A stretch of 64,000 nt of DNA from the human T2T-CHM13v2.0 reference genome, Homo sapiens. A model generated the notes under the pieces. It was given only the letters and a program-made list of their open reading frames with translations. It did not search any database and was not told the DNA's origin. A program made the translations under genes and the position numbers. The DNA lies in assembly GCF_009914755.1 (NCBI RefSeq), contig NC_060934.1, one strand, 5' to 3'. This document shows positions 1 to 19,101 of this stretch, piece after piece; the first letter of the stretch is position 1; every line of letters begins with the position of its first letter.

Positions 1-225
1 TTCATCATGGGCCATGAGAACAAGGCCTAACTAAGTGTAGGGTCCTTGGAATGGTGAGCAGAAAGTTGGAAGGAGCCCGGGACCCTGAGGACTTTATAGA
101 GTAGGACTAGCATCTCAGTCTGGGCTTACTTTTTTGATTGTTACATGAGAAATAAACATCATTCTAGCTTGTTTGAGCCGCTGTTATTCTGGGTCTCTAT
201 TACTTGCAGCTAGCTCTAACCTCAC
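1..225 (+). mobile_element. MLT1-type MaLR LTR, 3' part
   Basis: GAGAAATAAAC...GTTTGAGCCGCTGTTATT...GTCTCTATTACTTGCAGC resembles MLT1 3' ends. Confidence 0.5.
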
Positions 226-920
226 GGACACCTCCTTTTGTATGGGAGAAAAGGATGACTAGTTGTAGAATCCTCATAGGCTGCCAGTTGTCCTATGACA
301 TCACCACCTATAAGAGCTCTGCAGTGTGCAGCAACAATGAAACAGTGGTGCGTGCCTAGGGAGTCTCTGGGGAGCGTGGCATCTCCCAGCTGCCCATGGA
401 ACAGGTGGGCTTGCTTGGCATCCTGGGCATGCATGGTGTTTCCAACTAGATGGAGGACAGGAACCTCACTCTGCTTGATTCCTTGGCTCTGCCCTCCCCT
501 AGGTGACCTGGGTGGGTGTAGCTTCATTGAACCTGGAGGATCACATTAGGAATGGACAGTACCTGTCAATTTGTCTCTGTAGATAGGTGTTTAATTGTAC
601 TAGAGATTCATTTTTAACACTTTAGCTTTAACATGTTTATATTTGTGTGTTATAGTGCACTTTATAATCGATTTGTATTTCTCTTAATGTTTCACTAATT
701 TTTACCTGTTTTAGCTTTGATATAATTTTATTCTTTTACATCTGAGTTTTTGGTTTTTAATCTGGTTTATTCTTAGCTATTTTAATTTATTTGCACTGTT
801 ATTATTTTCCACTTTTATCTTATTATTTTATTGTTTCATGTTTCATTCCTTTAATCTTTTGATTAGATTTTTTAAAATCTACTTCTACTTTCTTTTTACT
901 TATCTTTTTTAAATTTTTAA

Positions 921-1437
<517 letters not shown>

Positions 1438-1547
1438 TATCTTTTTATTTATCTTAATGTTACTAACATTTTCTTGGCATCCAGTTTTAAAAATTTTATT
1501 GTTACTTTAGCTTGTGATCTTTTGATTCTTGTGGTTTTAGTTCAATC

Positions 1548-1849
1548 TTTTTTTTTTTTTATTTTTTTTGAGACAGAGTCTCACTCTGTCACCCAGGCTG
1601 GAGTGCAGTGGTGTGATCTCGGCTCAGTGAAACTTCCGCCTCCTGGGTTCAAGTGATTCTCCTGCCTCAGCCTACCGAGTAGCTGGGATTACGAGCACCT
1701 GCCACCACGCCCAGCTAATTTTTGTATTTTTAGTAGAGACAGGGCTTCACCATGTTGGTCAGGCTGGTCTCGAACTCCTTACCTTGTGATCTACCCACCT
1801 CATCCTCCCAAAGTGCTGGGATTACAGGCATGAGCCACTGGGGCCAGCC
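1548..1849 (-). mobile_element. AluS
   Basis: Full-length antisense Alu. Confidence 0.9.
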
Positions 1850-1879
1850 TCAATATTTTTTTCTTCAAAGTTTTTTCTT

Positions 1880-2034
1880 GGCTGGTTGTGGTGACTCATG
1901 CCTGTAATCCCAGCACTTTGGGGGCAAGGCAGGAAGATTGGTTGAGCCCAGGAGTTCGAGACCAGCCCGGGCAACATAGCAAGACCCTGTCTCTAAAAAA
2001 AAAAAAATATATATATATATACACACATATATAT
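1880..2034 (+). mobile_element. FLAM / Alu left monomer with A and (TA)n tail
   Basis: Monomer ending CCCTGTCTCT followed by poly(A) and (TA)n. Confidence 0.8.
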
Positions 2035-2124
2035 AAAGTTTCTTTCTTAAATTTTTTATTTAACCTTTTCAATATTAATTTGTTTTATTCTTTAATATTA
2101 ATGTGTCATAATTTTCTCCTTTAA

Positions 2125-2452
<328 letters not shown>

Positions 2453-2811
2453 CTGGCTTTATTTCTTAATTTTAGTAATCCCATTTCTTTTATGCTTATT
2501 TTTAATTTCCTATTCATAACTCCTGAATTAATTTTTATTCTTGATCTATTTGTTTTAATGGTAAGTAGAAAGTATGGCTACAAATGTGAAGCCATGGTAT
2601 TCTAAATCCTCATTCTCTAACTTGCTTCTTCAACTAGGAGTACCTTGGCTGCAGGCTGGGGGATGAAGAAAGGGGAGGAGTCTGTAGTTTCTCTAATGGG
2701 TCAAAAGGTACTGGAACTATAGGATAAACATTGCATTTTCTTGAAGGATTCATTTTACTCAAAGTTCTAGGAGAACTTGTATCCTTGATGATCCTTGAAG
2801 AAAAGGGAAAT

Positions 2812-3107
2812 TCTTTTTCTTTTTCTTTCCTTTTTTTTGTAACAGGATCTCATTCTGTTGTCCAGGCTGGATGATCATAGCTCAATGCAGCCTTGAGCTC
2901 CTGGGCTCAAGTGATCCTCCTGCCTCAGCCTCCCAAGTAGCTGGGACTGCAGGCATGAGTCACCACACCTGGCTAATTTTTTTATTTTCATTTTTAGAAA
3001 GGATGAGGTCTCACTATGTTGTCCAGGTTAGTCTTGAACTCAAAGCAATCCTCCTACCTCGGCCTCCAAAATGATGGGATTACAGGTGTGAGCCACTGCA
3101 TCCAGCT
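2812..3107 (-). mobile_element. AluJ
   Basis: Diverged dimer with J-type ATCATAGCTCA and GGCTCAAGTGATCCTCC. Confidence 0.85.
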
Positions 3108-3323
3108 GATAAATTATTAATATATGGAATCAAAATGCAGTGTCAACTTTAAAAATTCACCCCAAGTGTCAAAAATTGGTAGACTCAATGTAGTGACATC
3201 TCCACCATACACCAATGAGAAAAAGAAAATCTTCCAGATGACATTTGTGTCCAATAAGTAAACTGAAATGCTTCTGCCTTCTCTTTTCCTCCTCTTTAAT
3301 CCTCCTTTTAAAATTAAATTCCC

Positions 3324-3628
3324 GGCCAGGCGTGGTGGCTCACGTCTGTAATCCCAGCACTTTGGGAGGCCGAGGTAGGCGGATCATGAGGTCAGGAGTT
3401 GAAGACCAGCCTGACCAACGTGGTGAAACCCCGTCTCTACTAAAAATATGAAAGTTAGCTGCCCGTGGTGGCGCGCGTCTGTAATCCCAGGTACTCAGGA
3501 GGCTGAGGCAGGAGAAACGCTTGAACTTGGGAGGCAGAGGTTGCAGTGAGCTGAGATAGCACCACTGCACTACAGCCTGGGTGGGCGACAGAGCAAGACT
3601 CCGTCTCAAAATAAATAAATAAATAAAT
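3324..3628 (+). mobile_element. AluS
   Basis: Full-length with (TAAA)n tail; TSD TAAATTCCC. Confidence 0.9.
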
Positions 3629-4438
3629 TCCCGCCTTCTTTCAGCCAACCTTTGACAAGCCTTTCTGCTTCCCCTGGATTTGTTAATGCACGATCATTCC
3701 ATCACAATTGTCCCATGGGGCCCAGTTTCTCATGCCTGGCTCAATTCATAGACAAAAGGGGCCTTAAAACATTGAACTTTCCTTCATTTTGTGTCATGCT
3801 CAGTGTAGCAAGGGATTATGTCTTACCTGGATATTTGTCAGGAGCCTGGCACAACGTCCTGTAGATGCACTGCAGATGTTCAATGAATGCTGAAAAAACA
3901 AATGGATGAATGAGTGAATGGATGGTTGGAGAGATGCTCAACATGTCAGGCCACCGTTGACTTCCTGACCTCCAAATGTAATAGCCTACTCTCAGTTTTC
4001 ATCATTGCAAAATTTTCTACAACCTAACCTTCTCAACTTTCTCCTCTGTCCCTTATCCATTTCTTAAATATCCTCTCTCCCTTGGCTTTCAAAATTAAAT
4101 ACTATTCTGATATCATCACAACCCCTCCAAATGCTTATCCCTATACTCTTTACTGCTTCTTATTCCTTCTATTCCTTCTGCTGGCCTTAATTATGGACGT
4201 CCCAAGGCTCAGGCACTGGATTAATTTCTTTATTTTCTGCCTGGTTCTACCCAAACAGTTGTCACAGCTTCAACCCTCACCTCCATGCTGATAACGCCCA
4301 AATCCATATCTCTAGCCCTGACCTCTCACCTGAGTTCCTGCCTTTTATCTCTGTCTGTCTACCACTGGAGATTTCTGCCCAGATTTCTCACCACCACATA
4401 TCCTAAACTCACCTCCTCAAATTCCTCTCTCTGGGAGG

Positions 4439-4439
<1 letters not shown>

Positions 4440-4486
<47 letters not shown>
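4440..4486. repeat. (TG)n microsatellite
   Basis: About 23 pure TG units. Confidence 0.95.
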
Positions 4487-4488
<2 letters not shown>

Positions 4489-4519
4489 TTTACTTGCTTT
4501 TGCTACCACTGCAAACAGT

Positions 4520-4740
4520 TGTGATAATAATAGCTACTGAGTGTCAGATACCTCATATTATTATTAGCTTATTTAATCCTCAGAACAACCCTGCAAGGTA
4601 GGAATTATCTTCATTTTTATAGGAAAGGAAACTGAGGCTCAGAGAAGTTAAACAACTTGCCCTGTATCACACAGCTACTATGTGGGATTCAAATTCAAGA
4701 CTATCTAGCTCCAAAACTCATATTCTTTCCTCCAGATCAT
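4520..4740 (-). mobile_element. MIR
   Basis: MIR core AAACTGAGGCTCAGAGAAGTTAA...ACTTGCCC. Confidence 0.8.
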
Positions 4741-4874
4741 ATAACTATGAAATTTGAAAATTTGTAGCCAAATTCCTTGAAAGGTGGGGAGCACCAGTGA
4801 CCTCTATAAATCTTTGGAATTTGGCGTGAGCCACATCCCTCCACAGACAATGTTTGCCAAATAACAGGTGGTGA

Positions 4875-5232
<358 letters not shown>

Positions 5233-5364
5233 GCAGTGCCATTCTTTATATAGAGGTGCAGGATAGTTAGTCTGAGTGTCAGTTTACTCATTTTCAAAAT
5301 GAGGACACTAACACCTACCTCCCAGGAGTATTGGAAAGGATACATAAAAGAATATATGTTAATA

Positions 5365-6145
<781 letters not shown>

Positions 6146-6752
6146 AGAATGTATGTCAAATGCTTAGTTCTCACTGTTCTCCCTCAGTTCTCATTACTTT
6201 CTCCTCCTTGCCTCGTTTGTCACCAGCCACTGATTGTGGACATTTGCTCCTACTTGCAAGTGCCCTGGCTTTCCCTGAGCTTAATTAAGTGTAGAGATTT
6301 TATTTCTTCTTGTTAAACACTTAGTGGACTTGCCTTGTCTCCTTCTGAGGTGCTTGAGGGTTTGGGGGAGGTCTACCTGCTGCTCCTTATTGCTTGACCT
6401 TGGTCTTTGCCTGGGCTGTTCTGAACGTGCCCTCCTTCACTGAATCTGTCAAATAATCTTCCTCATCTACCTTTCAGACCTTCCTCAGCTCTTCATCAAC
6501 AACCACTTGTTAGGTAACAACCCTAAATGAAGCCCCCTAAGCCTCCTGGGTGATACGAGGAGGTTAAACACTCAAGCCCTAGTCCAAAGAGTTCTTTGAT
6601 TGTGGTTGGAGAAATAGCACATAGATACAAAAACACAACTAAGATGGGTTACAAATCTGTTAAGTGTCAAGTGTGCAATTCTCACTTGGGTGCTATGAGA
6701 GTTTAAAGATGTGAGAGATCATTGGTCAAGGAAGTCTTCAAAAAGCATTTCG

Positions 6753-7471
<719 letters not shown>

Positions 7472-10467
7472 CTATACACTTATTAGTACATATTATATGC
7501 TAGACTCTGGGGATATTTTAAAAAAAGAGCAAGATTGAGTCCTGCCCTCTAGGAGCTTACAGATGTAGTGAAGCTAGACACACAAAGAAATTACAAGAAG
7601 TCCATGCATATAGTGGAGCAAGTGAGTGAGTTATATGAGGGAGCTTATAAGACGTCACAGAAGAGGTGATCTTTGGACTTTCGGGGTGAAAAGCAGTTTC
7701 ACATCAGGAAGTGGGAAAGCAGGGTACAGTGAAGGCAAAGGCACAGGCATGGAGGTGCATGCTGTGGAGCCGGGGCAGGTGTTCAAAGATGAGTAGAGCA
7801 GAGCTGGGAGCTGAGGCTGTGGAAAAGTGTTGGGGTTTCATTGTAAAGATTTTGTTTTGTGTGTGTTAAACAATATATGTTTTATACTGAGGCAATCAAA
7901 GGTGTTGGGGGCACACTTTCCACTTCTTTCAGGCAGAACTGTCTAAACCTCATTCTTTCTTTCTGCTTTCTCTTAAACCCCAGACCCCTTTCAATGCTTC
8001 CTGAAGCAAGGCTTTTTCTTGCCCGGATTAAACTCTGAATGCTGTCAGAGTCATCTCCTGAAGCTGTGCCATGCAGGTCCCCAAGAAAACCACACTCCTT
8101 GACCCTCTTCTGTCTAGCACATGCCTTACTGTGGGGTGGGGAGGGAAGCTTGAAGAGCAACTCCCTTGCAGAAGTCACTAAATTCAGAATCAAAATAATG
8201 TTGAGCTCATGGATTTTGCCTCTGGTCAAACACAACACATCTATTGCCTGCCTTTCCAAATTTTATTTTGGCTATAGCATTTTAAAATGCAGGCCCAAAC
8301 TACCCCCCAAATAAGTCCTTATCATGGTCCCAGCATAAATTAGTACACTATCCATAGATTTATTTTCTTTCTAGGTACTGAAAGATTTAAGACATCCTTC
8401 CCCTCAAAACATAAATCCCTTTGTAGATCATTGAAGGATTTGTAGAAATGCATATAGCACATTCAAATGTACTTAAGAAGCATTTTTGAAAAGAATACCA
8501 CATAGATTATTTCTACAATCTACAAGCAAAATGAGATTATAGCTTACAAACAAAAAAAAGGGCAAGTTTGTTGACTGAATTCATACTCATTTATCACACT
8601 CTCCTGTATGCATTAATATCTTTAACTGGCCAGTCAATCATAAAAAATTAAATTCTCAGTAAATCTTATCGGTACTACAAAAATAATGGGATTTCTGTTT
8701 ACAAGGTGTCGATTGTGTTCAGAGTGTTTGATAATGACTGCAGACAGTCAATAAACACTGAGACATTTACATGGCCAGTAGGAGCCTAACTAAACTATCT
8801 AATCTTTCAAAAGACAGTCAACACAATGAACTCTAAACCTAATCCCCTCAAATACTGGAGAGACAGTTTAGTGCTTTAAATACTACTCAACTCCAAACCC
8901 CACACTAAAAGGAACCATTAAAGGTTTTTCTTAAACTCACAGAAGCGGAACATTTTGATTTCAGTTCCATTCTCTAGTGGCAAATCTTTACCTTACCTAA
9001 GTTCAACAATGTATAGGACCCGGGATTTGTGAAGGGTAACTAGTATTAGAAGTATTGACTAAAAGTGAAAGAGGAGTACTATCTGACACTTAAAAATTCA
9101 AAAATGGCTTTTAAAAAAATTTCAAGAAATTAAAGCACATTACTTGCTGGTTTTGTTCATTATAATCAAGTAAACTCAAGTTCAAAACTTTTGGATAGTT
9201 GGGGCTATATTTATTGCTGGGAGATTTTTTTAAGAAGCTGAAAAAAAAAAAGACTATTGATTGACCATTTCTTCTCTCTTAGGGCTGTATACTCAATGAA
9301 GAGAATGGTTTAAAAATTCTAAAATCCAGATAAGAGACTTTTGCATAAGGGAAGCTGAAAATGCCTGTCATGAATTTAGATACTAAATAAACTTGGGGCT
9401 TTTCAGTGGCATAGAGAGAAAGAAGGAGAATTTCAGCATGACTTTTGCAAATGTGTTTTTGACTCTGATATTTTTGTAATGTCAGTCAATAATATGAAGA
9501 TGCTCGGGATGGTATTTACTAGTTAATGGCTAGAGAAACTGGGCCCTGACTACACACCCAGAAGGAATGTCTTTCCTGGGAGATTTGATTCAGGGCTACT
9601 TCATTCCTTTCTTATACACCTCCAAGGTGTTGGGTTCTTCCCTTTTCCTGTTTAAAGAGCCTGGCCAGAGAGGTTCTGATTTCTCTCTCTATTCCACACC
9701 CAAGGCAAGAGTGGGAATCAGGAAAGGGAAAGGGCAGCCCTGGTACATGTGCAGCAGCTTTAATGAACCGCTTCAGAAACAGATGTGGTCTTGCCCTGAA
9801 AGGCAGTTAACACAATAGACTGCTGGAGATCTGATGTTCAGTTCTCTTCAGGCTATAGAAATGGGAGATTCTTTGGTTGACCTGGCACAGAGCCCTCCTT
9901 TGTCACTGGAATATCTCCTTTGCCATTTGCAGAAAATGGCAGGAAGTGTATAAAAATCTGGAATCCTGGAACAGGATTTAATCCTGCCATGTTAGGAGGC
10001 CACTCTGTCTGTCTCAGGTCAGTGTTGGAGAGGACTGGAAGAAGGCTGATTGATTTTATTTTTGTGGGTGAACTTACACTGGCAAGCCCCTATGTTATAG
10101 ACATCTTCGGACATCATTAAGGCTTAGATTTGAGAATTCCAGGACTTTTTATTTGTTGTTGTTAGTGGGCTCACACACACTCTGTGAACTCCAATAATCC
10201 TTCTGCTCTATTAGAACCTAAAACCCATTGATCTTCTTATATGTTTTCTGTCAATAACTTTTTCCATGTTACTTCCCTCCTTGCCCAGCTCAAATGTGTG
10301 GTCAAATGTTTTCATCACTCACCTGAATATACCTTCAACTTCCTTGCCCACCTCTCACTTTGTTGAACTATCTTGGCTAAACTACCATCTTTGTTAAATT
10401 CAACTTTTCCCTACTCCATCTCACAGTTGAACAAAAGGACACAGGTAAGCTGACCTCATTTTACATT

Positions 10468-10815
10468 CTTTTTTTTGTTTTGTTTTTTTTGAGACAGAAT
10501 CTCGCTCTGTCGCCCAGGCTGGAGTGCGGTAGTGCGATCTTGGCTCACTGAAGCCTCCCCTTCCTGGGCTCAAGCAATTCTTCTGCCTCACTGCAGCCTC
10601 CCCTTCCTGGGCTCAAGCAATTCTTCTGCCTCAGCCTCCTGAGTGGCTAGGATTACAGGGGCGTACCACCACGCCCAGCTAATTTTTGTATTTTTAGTAG
10701 AGATGGAGTTTCACCATGTTGGCCAGGCTGGTCCGAAACTCCTGACCTCAAGTGATCTGCCCGCCTAAACCTCTCAAAGTGCTGGGATTACAGGCATGAG
10801 CCACAGTGCCCAGCC
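10468..10815 (-). mobile_element. AluS with internal 43-bp tandem duplication
   Basis: TSD CCTCATTTTA(C/T)ATTCTT; duplication at 10544-10629. Confidence 0.9.
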
Positions 10816-10832
10816 TCATTTTATATTCTTGA

Positions 10833-11189
<357 letters not shown>

Positions 11190-12479
11190 TGAGCAGAAGA
11201 AAACTTCCATAAGGTCCCACAACAACATCTACCCACCTACCGAAATCTGGGCTTATAGACTCTTCCTTCTCTTCTGTTTCCGTGGAAGAACTCTCCATGC
11301 TCTTTTTAAAGACCATCACTTCCACTTACACACTAGAACCCTACCCCCTTCCCTCCCTTGCCTACAAAGTCAAGGACAGTGCTGCAGGCAATCCTCCCTT
11401 CACTCCCCTGCATTGTCACTTTCTGCCTTTTTTCCCAGTACCATATAAGCATCTCTCATCATAAAAAAAAATCTCATCTCTTGGTCCCACTTTCCCTTCT
11501 AGCTTACTACACACCCCAACCCCCATTTCTCTCTTTCCTTTTATAGCAAAATTCCGCAAAATAGTTGTATCTACTTGTTATCTCCAATTCTCCTCTTATT
11601 TCTTCTCCTTTTACCCCCACCACCCACTGAAATTACTCTTAAAAGGCAAACGTAGCAAATGTAGTGGTCTTATTTGACCTATCAGCAGCATTTAAAACAG
11701 TGACTCCCTGCTCATAAAGACTTCTTCCACATGGCTTCCACCACACTCCTGGTTTTCCTTCCACCTCACTGCTTCTCATCTTCTTGTCGGGTTCTTTCAG
11801 TTTTCCTGGGCTGTCTGTGCCCTAAATGAGAACATGCATTCCTGTTCTCCCGCTTAGCCAGCTTATGGTTAACACTGCCTGCTGGTTAACACTTAGCCAT
11901 CCACAACAGTGGAGTGCCCCAGGGCTTATTGTTTGGAGCTCTTCCGTTTTTCATCTGCACATACTACTTTAATGATTTCATTCAGTCTCAGGGATTTAAA
12001 TACTATCTATGTATTGCTTGCTTCTAAATGTATATATCTCCAGTTTGTACCACCTCCTTGTGCTCCAGACTCTATGTCCACCTTCCAACTCAACGTCTCC
12101 ATTTGAATGTCTAATAAACATCTGAGCCTCTGATCTCCTTCCACTCCCATTCTGAACCTGCTCCTCCCACCGTGTTCTCTTTTTCTCAGTAAGTGAACAA
12201 CTCTATTCTTCCAGCTGCTTAAACAATAACAAAAAAATCTGGTGTCACCCTGGATTTCTCTTTCTCTCAGACCTCGCATTCTAATCCATTAGCAAATCCT
12301 GTTGGCTCTACCTTCAAAACATATTCAGAATCTGACCACCTTTCCCCATGTCCATCACTACCACCCTGGTCCAAATCCCCTTCTAGCTGGTCTCCCTGAT
12401 CTGGCTACCTCTGATAAATAGCAGACATGAGATTCAGACCCAATTATTCTTCTATTTTGAAGACTTTGATCTTTTATGT

Positions 12480-12945
12480 GGGCTTTTCTGTCCCTCTGCT
12501 TCATCTTTTATGGTTGCAATTGTGGATACCTCCCCTATATCCATTCCCCCATTCTTTCTTCTTTAGACCAGATAAAGACTATCTTTCCCAACATCATGTG
12601 CAGGTAGGTTTGGCCATGTGACTAAGCCCTGACCAATGAGATAAAAGCAGAAGTAGCCGGATTGAACTTCCCGGAAAACCCTTATGTAAGGGGGACACAC
12701 AGCTGGTCCACATCCTTTTTGTCCTTCCCCAGCCTCCTTCCTGCTGCCTGGACTGGGGGCTTGGTGGCTGGATCTGCAGCAGTGTTTTTGTATCCTGAGA
12801 TGACCTTGAGAATGGAAGTCACTTGCTAAAGCTAGAAAGCAGAAAAGTAGAAGCAGTCTGGGTGTCTGATGACTTTGTGGAGCTACCATACCAGGTTTAG
12901 ACTGCCCTAGTCCTTATCTGGACTCTTTTGCATGAGAAACTTAAT
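12480..12945 (+). mobile_element. MLT1-type MaLR LTR
   Basis: GCCATGTGACT...CCAATGAGATAAAAGCAGAAGT...GGGTGTCTGATGAC. Confidence 0.55.
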
Positions 12946-14344
12946 AATATAATTTGCATTAAATATAAGGTATGGCTTACAAAATAACGAGACTGAGTCC
13001 ATAGGTTTTCACCAAAGGTAAGCTCCATTACTTTAAGACTCTAAATAAAGGTTAAAGCAGTTACTACTCTCAATTCCTTCCACTGAAACATCATCTTAAG
13101 ACAAATTTCTGTATAATACAAACTTTGGATCTTTATGAATATTTAAACATTACAAACTCTTCCAAAAGAAAAGGAGAATAATGGGATTGTCCACTGTGTC
13201 AGAATTTGACTAATATGATGTTGATGCCTTATAAATGACTTCAAAAAATGTATGGTCCTGATCTTTCCTGTTATTGAGATAAAGTTTTAAACCTCCAAAT
13301 CACAAACCTGCCTCCAAGGATATAAATTGCAAGCCTAGTTAAGCAGAGAGAGAAACAGTTGAGTCTTATTTACCAGTATGGAAAGCTGGTTGGGAGGTGG
13401 TTTGTACTGTGTTGGGTCCCTCTTGAGATTTAGGCCATGGATCTGGTCATAATTCATCTTTAAGATGAATTCTGATTGATGGAAAGAACATATTCCTTCA
13501 AGTGTTGTCTCTTTCACTTACTAGACAAGTCATTTAACCTCTGAGAGTCTTAGTATTTTTAAAAAATTGATAGAATGGAAATAATACCAAAACCAGCTAT
13601 TCCATAGGGCTGTTGAAATAAAATGAGGGCATATATGCAAAAGTACCTAGTTCATAGTAGTCACTCAATAAATATTTGTTCATTCATCTTGATAATATGT
13701 TGCATTTCATAAATGCTTTAGAATTTTTGAAATGCTTTCACATACTGTACAAGTTATTGTCAAAATACCAAGCACTGATCAACACTTCCTCTAGGGGCTT
13801 TTGGATGTATTTTAATTGTTTTAGGATGTGACCAACTTTGTGGAGCCGAGTTAGTTGGCTTCATTATTCCCCTGCAACATTTCCTTTGCACTCATTGATT
13901 TCCATGGCTACATGATGATTACTTCCTGAGAAACAAAGGAACACATGTGTTTGGAAGTCAAAAGGAAGCATACAGATCACCTATTGAACCATAACCCTGT
14001 AAAATGTGGTATAAATGGAAACTTTTCTTTTTATCATAGTGTGTTTGAAATGAAGGAATTCACATTAGTCATTCTCTCAGTTTCTACTCTACAATAGCTG
14101 TCCTTGTAAGGGGCCAGATTGTGTCAGGCCTTATAAACCAAATTAACTCCAAAAATTTTGTAAGATAAACTATTTACAACATCAAAATTTCTGAGTGGTG
14201 ACCAATCCAGAAAAGTGACAGTAGGCAATGGGAAATTTGAAGACAAAGAATGGGTGGAGGAAGAAATAAATCACCACTCAAGCATACTGGTTCCATTTTA
14301 CTACCTTATGAGTTATTGACTACTTTATTAATTATTTACTACAT

Positions 14345-15100
14345 TGATTAATTATTCCAGCAAACATTTATTGAAAACTTTTCTGTAGGAGGTCCTGTAC
14401 TAAGTGCTCTGAGAACTACAGAAGTGAATAACACCCAAAAGTGGTCTTCAAAGAATTCAGTTTAATATTGGAAATAAAGCATATATGTCCTATCCAAATT
14501 ATGTCCTATGAGATGTACCATTCAGGACCTAGAGTGGTTTTGAAGAGGGGGCTGTCTGTGTTGAATCTTGAAGAACATATAGAAATCTGTTTACCAGGTA
14601 GACAGACGGAAGTGCATTCCAGATGAAAGGAACAGCATCTACAAATGCCCAGAGGTACCCAGGTCAGAGCTAATGAAGAAGAGCTAGGTAGAGATTGACC
14701 TGGAGAGAAAGAGCAGGTTGGGAATACCTGTGTGGGGATATTATCATTATTAGTAGGTGGGTGTTTGATGCATGGAAATTGACTTACAGTGGGAGGAGAG
14801 GGAAGTTAATGAGTTCAATTTTGGACATGATGATGGGATAGGATATTCTGGTGGAGATGTAATGTAGGTGTTAAAAATGAAGTTTGGCGCTTAGGGGAGA
14901 AGTGCAGTTGGAGATCTAGATTTGAGACTCATCAACACACAAGTGGAAGATGAACACACAGGACCCTAAAGTAAGAGGAAGGGAGAGTTGAGGACAGAAT
15001 CATGGGAAACAACTACATTTAGAAGACAAACAGATGAAAAGGAACTTGGAAAGGAGGCTGAGAATGAGAAGCCGGGGGATATGAATAAAGACCACAAGAA
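14345..15100 (-). mobile_element. L2
   Basis: CAGCAAACATTTATTGA tail; TGAGTTCAATTTTGGACATG motif. Confidence 0.65.
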
Positions 15101-15889
15101 AATAGCAGCTTCCCCCTTTATCCATGGTACAGTCCTTCTTTAGTGATGATTGGGGAATGTTGAAGCAGAATAGGAAACACTAAAGGAGTGTTTAATCCAG
15201 TCCTTTTTATTTGCATTACTTTCCTAGGAGTCAAGGCTCATTTTTCTTCGCCCCATGAATAAGCTCCAGGAGCCTGGGCAGACCAAATAGGCGGTTATTC
15301 CTGGGTTGCATGCCGGATGGAAAGTTCTAGGAGTCAGGTCAAAAGGGATGGTCCTGGATTGTGAAGCACCAATGAGCCAGGGAGGCCTATCACATAGTGG
15401 TTCTGAGCTCTAGAGTTAGGCAGATCTGTGTTCAGATCCTGACTCTAAGGTCCAGAGATGGATTCTTGCAGTAGGTGTGCAAGCCACCCTGGGTATAGGG
15501 TGCACATTCTCAGTCCAAGACCTCACGCCCCCGACAAGTTAATTTGGAATAAAAAAGAAATTTCTCCACTGACCTGTTGGCTTCTCAAAGGCTTGGCACA
15601 TGGAAGGTCCTTAAATCTATAGTCTTTGTAAAATGATGAATGAGCACATAACAAACTTAAGAACAGTACATTGGAAATAACTTTATAATAAACAGGTGAA
15701 CATTGTGGTCACCTAGCATTTTCATGGGCAACTTATCTTTTGGAAACTGATCATTGAACATCAGAGAAATATCCACATGTGTCCATTTGAAAAGATGTAG
15801 AGGAACAATCCTTTTCACCAGACCAAAAAATAGAAATCAGTTAATTAAAATAATTATCTTCAGTGGTACATAATAACTTTCCTCATTAT

Positions 15890-16130
15890 GGCATAATACT
15901 AACGCTTCTATAGGGTTAATTACTTTCCTGGCACTATTCTGAAGACCTTATTTTCATTACTTAATTTAATCTCCCAACAAACTTATGAGACAGGAGCTTG
16001 TCTATTACGTAGAGAAGAAAACTCCGGGTATAGAAAAGTACCCAAGGCCACATCACTAATAAATAGCAGAGGTAGGATTTGAACCCAAGCAGTCTGACTC
16101 TAGAGTCTTTGAATATAACTGCTACACTAC
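15890..16130 (-). mobile_element. MIR
   Basis: ATTTAATCT...GGATTTGAACCCAAGCAGTCTGACTCTAGAG. Confidence 0.7.
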
Positions 16131-16714
16131 ACAGAAGCCTCCCTTGATTCTGAGACCTGACCACATAGCTGGACCCATTTTGTTCATCACCTGGTATGGA
16201 AGGAAAGCTACATTGTGATGTGAAATGAGGCTTTCTCATCATGGCTTCTATGGGGGCAGGTGGGGTTGGGGCAGGTTATGGGTAATGTATTTGTGTTAAA
16301 TTAGACAAGAAGCATGATAATCATTTATATGAACAGAAGTCATAATCACATGATGTTCTGATTTGACAATTTACCTCTCCCAGTCTCATAGGCAGGTGGC
16401 TTCAGCCCCTTGTCACAAGTTCTCATTCATAAACTAAAAGAGAGGCTCAGCACCTCTGGACAGGGCCAAAAAGCATGTACATTTTAGAAGTCTCCAGGGA
16501 GCATACTGACCCTGTCTGTCCTCGATGGCCCTGCTAGAGTGTTTTCTGAAGGGCCCTTGTATCTTCTAGTTGGTCTCCAGGGGCCCACACTGATTGTCCC
16601 TTATCTGAGAAGTAACTGAGAGAAATCTCAAAAGGAGTTGGGGAGAAGAGGCTCCAAGGCATAAAGTGGAAACATAGCCCCAGTCTTGAAGAGAATTTGA
16701 ATCCAAAATGATTA

Positions 16715-18446
<1,732 letters not shown>

Positions 18447-18487
18447 TTTGTTAGGCCATTCTTGTGTTGCTCTAAAGAAATACATGA

Positions 18488-19101
<614 letters not shown>

